Below are positions 46,155-53,551 of a DNA stretch of 64,000 nucleotides, piece by piece. Numbering within the stretch: position 1 is the stretch's first letter; each line of letters opens with the position of its first letter. Below the pieces are notes generated by a model. That model did not search any database and had not been told where the DNA came from. It was given only the letters and a program-made list of their open reading frames with translations. The stretch lies in the IMG/VR virus record IMGVR_UViG_3300027741_000022, positions 123,645 to 187,644 of that record; one strand, given 5' to 3'. A program made the position numbers and the translations under genes. This DNA comes from a virus.

Positions 46155-46562
46155 TCATTTTGGCTTAAACTTTAAGATAACTGGGTTGTCGGGATCTATT
46201 TTTGTATAAACTGATTTGACTTCTTCGATATCGAAATAAATAGCGTCTTTGATTATCCAAGCAGGAATAGGAAACACAGGAAGGCTAGTTTTATTGTTTT
46301 TAATGCTAGGAAGATATAATTCATTTTCATTTACAAAAACTACTTTGCTGGGTAGATTATCGTTGCCAATATCCAACTCCCAATATACACCAGAATAGCT
46401 AAATCCACTAGAGAATGCAAAGCAACGTTCTATATCTTTTATTTCAAAACCATAAGATAAAAGCAAAAGCGCTGTATCAAAGTGAGTGTCTGGAATCAAA
46501 CAATCAAACTCCATACTTTCGCCTGATGAGCCCTCTTTAAAATATAAACTTTTAGTTTTCAT
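46155..46562 (-). CDS. hypothetical protein
   Basis: 135-aa ORF in a - strand run. Confidence 0.7.
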   Translation of the reverse strand: MKTKSLYFKEGSSGESMEFDCLIPDTHFDTALLLLSYGFEIKDIERCFAFSSGFSYSGVYWELDIGNDNLPSKVVFVNENELYLPSIKNNKTSLPVFPIPAWIIKDAIYFDIEEVKSVYTKIDPDNPVILKFKPK

Positions 46563-46621
46563 ATAAACTAATTATAACTGCAAAAATGCGTTCGATCAAC
46601 TGTAAATATTAGCTCAACTTC

Positions 46622-46894
46622 TCATGGGCATGAAAAACAAATTGTCCATGTGCCTGGAAATGTTGATCCGCCACATCTAGGTCTTGGTGGGCAAGTTCCG
46701 TCCTCAATTGGACTTGCACAAGTACAATTATTGTAACTATCGCCTTCGCTAAAATTATCAAACCAAAAGTATCCTGTTCCTGGGTTATAAACGCATGTTG
46801 AAACTGCTTTTGCACAAGAGTTATCGCAAGCTCTCGCACTAGCACAATCTTTTGTTGCCAAATTACTATAGATTATATTGTCATCTTCATCCAT
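46622..46894 (-). CDS. IIYSN-leader Cys-rich protein 1 (10 Cys)
   Basis: MDEDDNIIYSNLATK + Cys-rich cargo. Confidence 0.8.
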   Translation of the reverse strand: MDEDDNIIYSNLATKDCASARACDNSCAKAVSTCVYNPGTGYFWFDNFSEGDSYNNCTCASPIEDGTCPPRPRCGGSTFPGTWTICFSCP

Positions 46895-46915
46895 AGACTT
46901 ATATAGCTATATGAA

Positions 46916-46953
46916 CAAAAAAACCCCCCATAGAATTAACTATGGGGGGTTTC
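46916..46953 (-). terminator. intrinsic terminator, - strand
   Basis: AACCCCCCATA/TATGGGGGGTT stem with T-tract on - strand, after the 46973 gene. Confidence 0.7.
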
Positions 46954-46972
46954 GTAACTAACCTTTATATTT

Positions 46973-47266
46973 TCAACGAACAGGCGTAAGGGTGGTACGC
47001 TTAACCTCTCGCTTGATCACCTTACCAAAAAGTGTCTTGCGGCAAGTCTTACGATCCTCAACCTTCTCATTATACACCTGAACCTTGCAGCAGCTATCAC
47101 AACCATCAGCAACACACTTGCTGCAATTGTCACAGCCATCACTGCTCTTGTTGCAGCAATTGCTAACGGCTGGAGCCTCAGTCTTGTTGACTAAAACACT
47201 TTGATACTCACCAGCGTTTGCTACACAACAAACACCCAAAACCATCCATGCACATAAAGTCTTCAT
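46973..47266 (-). CDS. secreted small Cys-rich protein
   Basis: Signal peptide MKTLCAWMVLGVCCVANA; CC..C..C..C...C..CC; basic C-terminus; AGGAG SD. Confidence 0.75.
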   Translation of the reverse strand: MKTLCAWMVLGVCCVANAGEYQSVLVNKTEAPAVSNCCNKSSDGCDNCSKCVADGCDSCCKVQVYNEKVEDRKTCRKTLFGKVIKREVKRTTLTPVR

Positions 47267-47385
47267 ATCTTCTCCTAATTAGATGATGCAACAATTTGCA
47301 TCACGGGAATCAGTATATCAGGATTTTTCTTTGAGTCAAGTCTGTTTTTGTTATAGAAAAGAAAATGGTAGGATACATAATCTAC

Positions 47386-47592
47386 ATGGAAGAAGTAGTT
47401 TACAGTAACGTTCAAGCAAAGAGTTGTAGCGGGACTTGCAATTATAACTGTAATGGCAGCACTTTTATATTTTCATCAAGTAATTGTAGTTCAGGCTGCT
47501 CTTGCGACATGGGTGATCCTTGGAGAGATGGTTGCAATGGCGGCGAATGTGTGGCACCACCAGAAAATAGTTGCTCAGTACCTTGTATTTAA
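47386..47592 (+). CDS. IIYSN-leader Cys-rich protein 2 (10 Cys)
   Basis: MEEVVYSNVQAK + SCSGTCNYNC... Confidence 0.85.
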   Translation: MEEVVYSNVQAKSCSGTCNYNCNGSTFIFSSSNCSSGCSCDMGDPWRDGCNGGECVAPPENSCSVPCI

Positions 47593-47603
47593 AACATAAA
47601 ACT

Positions 47604-47642
47604 ATGGAAGAAGAAATAGTTTACAGTAACGTTCAAGCAAAA
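47604..47642 (+). pseudogene. leader-only relic of the IIYSN family
   Basis: MEEEIVYSNVQAK followed by Cys-free, intergenic-like sequence. Confidence 0.6.
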
Positions 47643-47694
47643 ATTTTTAGTGTACAGCGCACTTATTTTTCAATAATTTTATCTACATACATCT

Positions 47695-48306
47695 ATGGAA
47701 GAAGAAATAATTTACAGCAATATTCAAGCAAAAGGTGGCTGGGAGTGTATGTGCTGCACAGGTCCAAGTGGCATCTCACCTTGCTTTGGTCTGCCCGGCG
47801 TTCCGGATATTAATTACGTGCCGTGTGTGTCGATAGTAGACAGGGGAGATATATATTACCAAGAATGTATGCAGGGATATGGTGATACTTATCCTACTAA
47901 AGCAGATTGTGTAGCCAGCTGTTATCCTGCTCCAACAGCTACACCTGGACCTACACCTACCACTACCCCTCCTTCAACTTCTTTTGTTGATCCGGGACTA
48001 AGACCTACACCTACCAAAACACCTACAGCTACACCTACAGCTACACCTACAGCTACACCCACACCTACACCCACACCTACTAAAACATCTGGACCTACGC
48101 CTACACCCACTAAAACACCTACGCCTACACCTACTAAAATACCATGCATTAATGACCCGACGCTAGTCCCACAAACTCAACCTTGCCTTACTTATTGTGC
48201 TTCGAATTATCATCCCGGTTGGGGTTTCACGTATGATCCTTTATGTGCAAATTGTTTTAATGATTTCTTGATAGACGGAAGTTGTTGCTGTCGATACAAC
48301 ATATAG
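47695..48306 (+). CDS. IIYSN-leader protein 3: two Cys-rich domains joined by a Pro/Thr linker
   Basis: MEEEIIYSNIQAK; (PT/TA)n low-complexity linker. Confidence 0.85.
   Translation: MEEEIIYSNIQAKGGWECMCCTGPSGISPCFGLPGVPDINYVPCVSIVDRGDIYYQECMQGYGDTYPTKADCVASCYPAPTATPGPTPTTTPPSTSFVDPGLRPTPTKTPTATPTATPTATPTPTPTPTKTSGPTPTPTKTPTPTPTKIPCINDPTLVPQTQPCLTYCASNYHPGWGFTYDPLCANCFNDFLIDGSCCCRYNI
47930..48140 (+). repeat. coding tandem repeat acacctaca/acacctac (PT, TA dipeptides)
   Basis: Repeated acacct/gctacacct units within protein 3. Confidence 0.8.
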
Positions 48307-48360
48307 GTTGAGTCATATCTTCTCAGTATAAAAATTCAACAGGATCGTCTACATAAAACT

Positions 48361-48552
48361 ATGGAAGAAGAAATAATTTACAGCAATATTCAAGCAAAAG
48401 GTTGCGGAACTAATTGTGGATGGGATTGCGTAGGTGGAATATTTACAACTTATGGAAACTGTGATACTTGCACTTGTACTTGCAGTTCTTATGAGCCTGG
48501 CGGACAGTGCTCTCCTGGTTATGATGACTCCTGTAGCGGCAGTTGCGCCTAA
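48361..48552 (+). CDS. IIYSN-leader Cys-rich protein 4 (10 Cys)
   Basis: MEEEIIYSNIQAK + GCGTNCGWDC... Confidence 0.85.
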   Translation: MEEEIIYSNIQAKGCGTNCGWDCVGGIFTTYGNCDTCTCTCSSYEPGGQCSPGYDDSCSGSCA

Positions 48553-48789
48553 ATGGCATATTCATGTGCTCGGGGACTGGATACTGAGCTACAACTAGGG
48601 ACGAAAATATATTTGAACGATAAAGTATTTATTATGAAAATCAGCGGGTTGACGCAAACCTTTGTGAATAAATGACTTAGAGCAAGAGAGAAAAAGACGT
48701 TTGACGTAAGTACTTTATTCACAATGGTTTAAGAATACTGGATATTGCAATGTGGTTATAAACAAAAAATGTATTGTTTATATAAAAAA

Positions 48790-49086
48790 CTAGTATGTGC
48801 AAAAACTCACTAGCCACTTGGCATAGTTTGAAGCGTCGCATGTCTCTGAGCTTGTTGGACAATCAAAAGAGGTGCAACTACAGCCTCCAGCATCACCAAA
48901 ATCTTGAGTCCATCTCCACAAATAATCATTTGATGTAATTGTTGTCGTAAGACACCTGCTTACCGTTCCACAATGCGATCCTGGCGGTAGAGTTAAATCG
49001 TGTGGCGTATCACTCCAATTAACAGGTTTTATACCGCACGTAAGAGTTTTGGTTTGAATATTGCTGTATATGATTTCATCACTCAT
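48790..49086 (-). CDS. IIYSN-leader Cys-rich protein 5
   Basis: MSDEIIYSNIQTK; start moved to ATG 49086. Confidence 0.8.
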   Translation of the reverse strand: MSDEIIYSNIQTKTLTCGIKPVNWSDTPHDLTLPPGSHCGTVSRCLTTTITSNDYLWRWTQDFGDAGGCSCTSFDCPTSSETCDASNYAKWLVSFCTY

Positions 49087-49133
49087 AATCTTATATATGC
49101 ACAAATATTATTTATTGATGTGTAGCTACTTAT

Positions 49134-49345
49134 ATGGATGAAATAGTCTACAGTAATCTAGCAGTAAAGAACACATGCACTAGTTCTAATTGTTGCACTT
49201 ACATGTGTGTTAGTGGATCATCAAGTAATTTAATTATTGGAATCTTACTGATTCTACTTGTGAGGCTCCATACACTTGTGTTGATCCTCTGAATGAACCC
49301 TGCAGCTCAAGTGACACCAAAATAATAAACTGTGTGCCGTCATAG
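49134..49345 (+). pseudogene. IIYSN-leader Cys-rich protein 6, frameshifted
   Basis: MDEIVYSNLAVKNTCTSSNCCTYMC... stops at 49292 in frame, while Cys-rich NYWNLTDSTCEAPYTC...NCVPS continues in another frame to TAG 49345 (1 nt missing near 49230). Confidence 0.7.
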
Positions 49346-49393
49346 ATTGTGTCTAAGTATAATTTTTTATTTATCACTCTGATAAATAAGATT

Positions 49394-49762
49394 ATGCTAC
49401 GCCAACTAAACTATCCTGAACTTGAATTATTTTGTTTAAAAATACGAAGGATAGCTTTTGAATCTACATTAAAAGTTAATGCTAAAAAGAAAAAGAAAAA
49501 GTTCACACCGCCAGCAGAAGAAGTTATTGAAAGCGTAATAACCTTAAAAGAAGTCAAAACACTTCTTATTGACGAGTTTAGTCTTGACACAACAGATGAA
49601 TATGTTGTGTTGGATAACGACGAAGCTGTTTGCGAATTGATGCTTGAGAGTGTGATCAGCAGATTAATTAACAACGAACTCAACATAATGGTTAATGAAG
49701 GCGTTCTGGAATGTTACTTCGACGATGATTCCAATGAATTTCTTTTTAAAATAAAGGAATAA
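49394..49762 (+). CDS. hypothetical protein
   Basis: ATAAATA upstream of ATG 49394; V.EG.LEC.FDD..N.F.F C-terminus. Confidence 0.7.
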   Translation: MLRQLNYPELELFCLKIRRIAFESTLKVNAKKKKKKFTPPAEEVIESVITLKEVKTLLIDEFSLDTTDEYVVLDNDEAVCELMLESVISRLINNELNIMVNEGVLECYFDDDSNEFLFKIKE

Positions 49763-49778
49763 CTTCTATACTAATTGT

Positions 49779-50057
49779 ATGGAAGAACTTATTTCTGAAT
49801 ATACCCGACTAATTTACATTCGCAAAGGCGGAGACTTAAAAGTATACGCCCAAGAACTTAAAAGATATTACAAGATACTAACAGTATTTAACGGAAACAG
49901 TGCTGTTCATTGCTTTGTTGATAAACACACCGGAGACGTTTATAAACCGGCTACATTTGTCAGCCCTTGTAAAAGCTCCAAGTATAATATTTTTGCGACA
50001 GAAAGTCGGGAATGTTTATTCAAAGAGTGCGAATATTCAGGGAAATATCTGCGATAA
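49779..50057 (+). CDS. conserved phage hypothetical protein
   Basis: Y.KI......AVHCFVD..TGDVYKPA....P.K..KYN. Confidence 0.7.
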   Translation: MEELISEYTRLIYIRKGGDLKVYAQELKRYYKILTVFNGNSAVHCFVDKHTGDVYKPATFVSPCKSSKYNIFATESRECLFKECEYSGKYLR

Positions 50058-50061
50058 TTTT

Positions 50062-50484
50062 TTATGGGCAACTTGGCGGGAATGTATAAGCTACATTCAA
50101 TCTATCGCAGTAATCACCTTCGGCAACCGGAGAATATAAGAACATCAAATGACGACAATCACCGTAGCCTGTTCCGTTATAACTCGACAAACTATTTTCA
50201 TTTAAGAATGTTTGTGAAAAACCGAATATATTTCCAATAGTATCACAACAAACAATCACATAAGTATAATCAAAGTCTGAACCAACCTCGGCTGCACTCA
50301 CTTCTGGGCAAGCTAGACCTGTGTTTCCAGCATCTACTTGTCCTGCATTATACTTCCAACAAGTGTTTGTAGGAGTTAATGTGCATAGATTTTGAGGAAC
50401 ACTATCGCAAGTGCCACCACCTCCACAAACTAATAAAGTATCACCCTTAGTCTGAATATTGCTGTATATAATTTCGTCGTCCAT
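50062..50484 (-). CDS. IIYSN-leader Cys-rich protein 7
   Basis: MDDEIIYSNIQTK. Confidence 0.8.
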   Translation of the reverse strand: MDDEIIYSNIQTKGDTLLVCGGGGTCDSVPQNLCTLTPTNTCWKYNAGQVDAGNTGLACPEVSAAEVGSDFDYTYVIVCCDTIGNIFGFSQTFLNENSLSSYNGTGYGDCRHLMFLYSPVAEGDYCDRLNVAYTFPPSCP

Positions 50485-50668
50485 GAAGATATATATACAG
50501 CAAGGATAATATCATGGAGGGTGTTATGAAAGAAAATGAAAAGCTGGGCGTGTGGCAAATGCTGTTGTGGTTGGAAAAAAACAAAATTTTTGTAAAAGAC
50601 GATGTTGCTAAAAAAAACATGTTTATCATTCACGAATATCAAACTAAATTAAAATTAAAAGAAAAACC

Positions 50669-52015
50669 ATGAACTTCTACCAACTCTACAATCTGATCAA
50701 TGAAAATGTCGAAGAGAACTTCGACAATTGGCTGAGCGTGTTGATTAAATATGCTAAAAATCCAAAAGAAAAAGATGTCGTTATTCGCTTTAAAACTTTT
50801 ACAGCCAAATCGGTTGCTGGCGTTGCTAATAACTCAGAAAGAAGAAGAATAATAATAGATGTTCTGAAAGAAAAGAATCTACAAAATCTCAATTGGTTTA
50901 GTTTTTGCGTAGGATATTGGAATAATAAAAATAACTTCAGAAAAGAAGATCTTGAGCTTGCTATCGATGTTACTAAAGGAATGATAGATAGCGGAGAAAT
51001 AACCAAATTAGAAATAGGCAGCAAGGGTTGGCTTGAAATAGGAATTGAATCCAAAGACAATATAGCAAAACATCTGGAGAAACAAAATCAACTTAGTAAT
51101 AGAGAAATTGAAAGAAGGAAAAAAAGAGGAGAAGCAGACTTAGACGAAGAATTTGTAAAGCTAGTGGTTCGGGAAGATAATGTCAAAATATACTATTTGC
51201 CAAGATTAAAAGCAGGAGGCTCAAATCTTTATGTGGATGAAGATGAAGAAGATGATTATGAAGATGAAAAAGTATCTCCGCACTGGATAAAAAAAAATAA
51301 ACAAAAAATAAACAAACGGCACCAAATATTGTGTAATCTTGGAAAAAACACCAAATGGTGTACTGCTCAACCAAGCTGGGACGCTCATGAAGGTTATATT
51401 ACTGATGATATCTATATTATACACGAAAATGATCAAGCAATATATCAGTTTGTAAGCTGTGCAAATAGCAATCCAGACGATAGACAATTTATGGACGTTA
51501 ACGATAATGATATTAAAAGTCTCGAACAACCGATGTTTGGGATATTGAATAAATATCTCAAAAGAGAAACAGGTTGTTATGACTTGAAAGAATTTTTAAC
51601 ATCTGTGGAAGGTATGGAGAATTTATCAGATATACATAATGTTGACTTTATATCAATAAACAGATTGTTTACCAGAAATAGTGGACAGTGGATCAAAAAA
51701 ATTAGTTCATATAAACCATTCCCAGAAAAGTGGGATAGTGAGATTAACACTGTTAAAAGTTATGATCTTATGGCAAAAACTTATGGTTTAGAACAAGAGA
51801 AAAAAAATGAAGAAAACATCCTTGTTCGAATATTTGAAAAGCTATTGAGTTTTATAGATGAAGGATTAAAACAAAACAGAAGTGTTAATCATATAATACA
51901 TACTTTTGAAAACAATTTCTATTCTTCTTTGGCATCTTTAAGCGAAGAAACCTTTGTCCGGCTAGAAGCAGAAATAGAAAAAAGAAAAAAAATAGAATAT
52001 GAGAACATGATATGA
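50669..52015 (+). CDS. putative head-packaged protein, group A paralog
   Basis: MNFYQLYNLINE; LCNLGKNTKWCTA...YQFVSC...QFMDV.DN. Confidence 0.8.
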   Translation: MNFYQLYNLINENVEENFDNWLSVLIKYAKNPKEKDVVIRFKTFTAKSVAGVANNSERRRIIIDVLKEKNLQNLNWFSFCVGYWNNKNNFRKEDLELAIDVTKGMIDSGEITKLEIGSKGWLEIGIESKDNIAKHLEKQNQLSNREIERRKKRGEADLDEEFVKLVVREDNVKIYYLPRLKAGGSNLYVDEDEEDDYEDEKVSPHWIKKNKQKINKRHQILCNLGKNTKWCTAQPSWDAHEGYITDDIYIIHENDQAIYQFVSCANSNPDDRQFMDVNDNDIKSLEQPMFGILNKYLKRETGCYDLKEFLTSVEGMENLSDIHNVDFISINRLFTRNSGQWIKKISSYKPFPEKWDSEINTVKSYDLMAKTYGLEQEKKNEENILVRIFEKLLSFIDEGLKQNRSVNHIIHTFENNFYSSLASLSEETFVRLEAEIEKRKKIEYENMI

Positions 52016-53496
52016 ACTTTTATGAATTTTACCAACTACTTAATGAAAACACAGTAAGCCAAGAGTTGAAGAAGAGACTGTCTCCAGAAAACTTAAAGTT
52101 GTTAATGGACTTGTTTTATAAACATAGTGAACATCTTAATTTAAGCAAAGCCAGCAAAGACTCACTGATAAAATGGTATATTCATATAAGTCCCTGGCAT
52201 AAAAACAGTATGCAAGTTAGCGCTTATCATGGAAATGATTTTTATGATTGGTGGGCACCATATAATGATTTTCTTGTTGGAATATCACAAAATAACAATG
52301 GAAATTTTCCCGCTTATATCACAAGCAAATTAAACAACCCCAATTTTACTGAGGGTGATTTTATGGCACTGGATCATGAGTACCATGAAAACTTAAAGAA
52401 AAAACAAAGAAATATTTCAGGAGCACCCGGCAAAAATATATTAAGTTTCCCAGATGGTTATAGTTGGGTAGATTTAGGGAAGGGTTATTGTGATATTGAA
52501 AGTAAGGCTATGGGACATTGTGGTAATGCAGGAGCAAAAAATGGTGATACTATTCTTAGTCTCAGAGATAATAAAAATATACCACATCTTACGTTCATAC
52601 TAAACAATGGTGTCTTGGGTGAAATGAAGGGTAGAAGCAATGACAAGCCAAGTAAGAAATATCATTCCCATATAATAGAACTGTTAAAGCTACCAATAAT
52701 AAAAAAAATAGCAGAAGATAGCGGATATTTACCGGAAAATAACTTTAAATTAAGTGACTTAACTCAAGAGCAAGCCAAAGAAGTAGTAAAGGTTAATAAA
52801 AACCTTGAAAAAGATTATCTCATGCTTATTGTTTCTGAGAACACTTGGAAAATTGATGATGATGAATACGGTGAGGCTTTGTATGAAATAATTAAAAAGC
52901 ATCCAGAAATTTTAGAACGATATGATTTAGTGTATAAAATTACAGAAAACGATAAAACACCCCCAGAAGTATTAAAAATTTTATTAGATAAAAAATATCC
53001 TGGGGCATCACAAAATATACAGGACAAACTTACCTTTACTATAAAACTTAACCTTATTGCTAATAAAAACACACCGAAAGAAGTTTTGGACGAATTGGCT
53101 ACTGAAGATGGAACAAATCCACAGCATTATTTAAGTATGATGAATCATTATAATCGATTTATTGGTAGTGGTAAAAATAAAATACCTAGCACTTATTTAA
53201 ACAAAGTAGCTCTTTATATTTTGAATATGCTAAGATATCCAAAATCTGATAATGATGAGTATGGTTTTCCACTACATATTCTCCAACATGTAGCAGAAAA
53301 TCCAAACACTAGTGTTGAAACTTTAAACAAAATTATTGAAAAAATCGAACTAGTGATAAAAGCGGATCTTATCAATGATAGAAAAGATCTTCTTGTGGGA
53401 GACCGCTTAATAGACCGCTTAATAGATAACAACAAAGTGCCAGAAGAAGTTAAAGCTGAATTGATGAAAAAAAGAAAAGAGTTTTACCCAAAGTAA
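52012..53496 (+). CDS. putative head-packaged protein with PcfJ-like domain
   Basis: MNFYEFYQLLNE; E.KAMGHCG...ILSLRD....PHLT.......EMKGR.N.KP. Confidence 0.75.
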   Translation: MNFYEFYQLLNENTVSQELKKRLSPENLKLLMDLFYKHSEHLNLSKASKDSLIKWYIHISPWHKNSMQVSAYHGNDFYDWWAPYNDFLVGISQNNNGNFPAYITSKLNNPNFTEGDFMALDHEYHENLKKKQRNISGAPGKNILSFPDGYSWVDLGKGYCDIESKAMGHCGNAGAKNGDTILSLRDNKNIPHLTFILNNGVLGEMKGRSNDKPSKKYHSHIIELLKLPIIKKIAEDSGYLPENNFKLSDLTQEQAKEVVKVNKNLEKDYLMLIVSENTWKIDDDEYGEALYEIIKKHPEILERYDLVYKITENDKTPPEVLKILLDKKYPGASQNIQDKLTFTIKLNLIANKNTPKEVLDELATEDGTNPQHYLSMMNHYNRFIGSGKNKIPSTYLNKVALYILNMLRYPKSDNDEYGFPLHILQHVAENPNTSVETLNKIIEKIELVIKADLINDRKDLLVGDRLIDRLIDNNKVPEEVKAELMKKRKEFYPK

Positions 53497-53551
53497 AATT
53501 AACATTAGACTGACTTCTGTGTATTTCTAGCTGAGCTTGCTTATATACTTT

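Noticed and set aside
46994-47001. GGTACGCT copy
   Set aside because: Lies antisense within coding sequence (KRTT) and lacks either conserved upstream flank; likely chance.
47922-48149. Val/Gly-rich - strand ORF
   Set aside because: Reverse complement of the Pro/Thr repeat linker.
46622-50484. Complete RiPP (ranthipeptide/lanthipeptide) gene cluster
   Set aside because: No radical SAM, LanM, YcaO, peptidase or transporter gene lies nearby; kept only as one hypothesis for the leader family.
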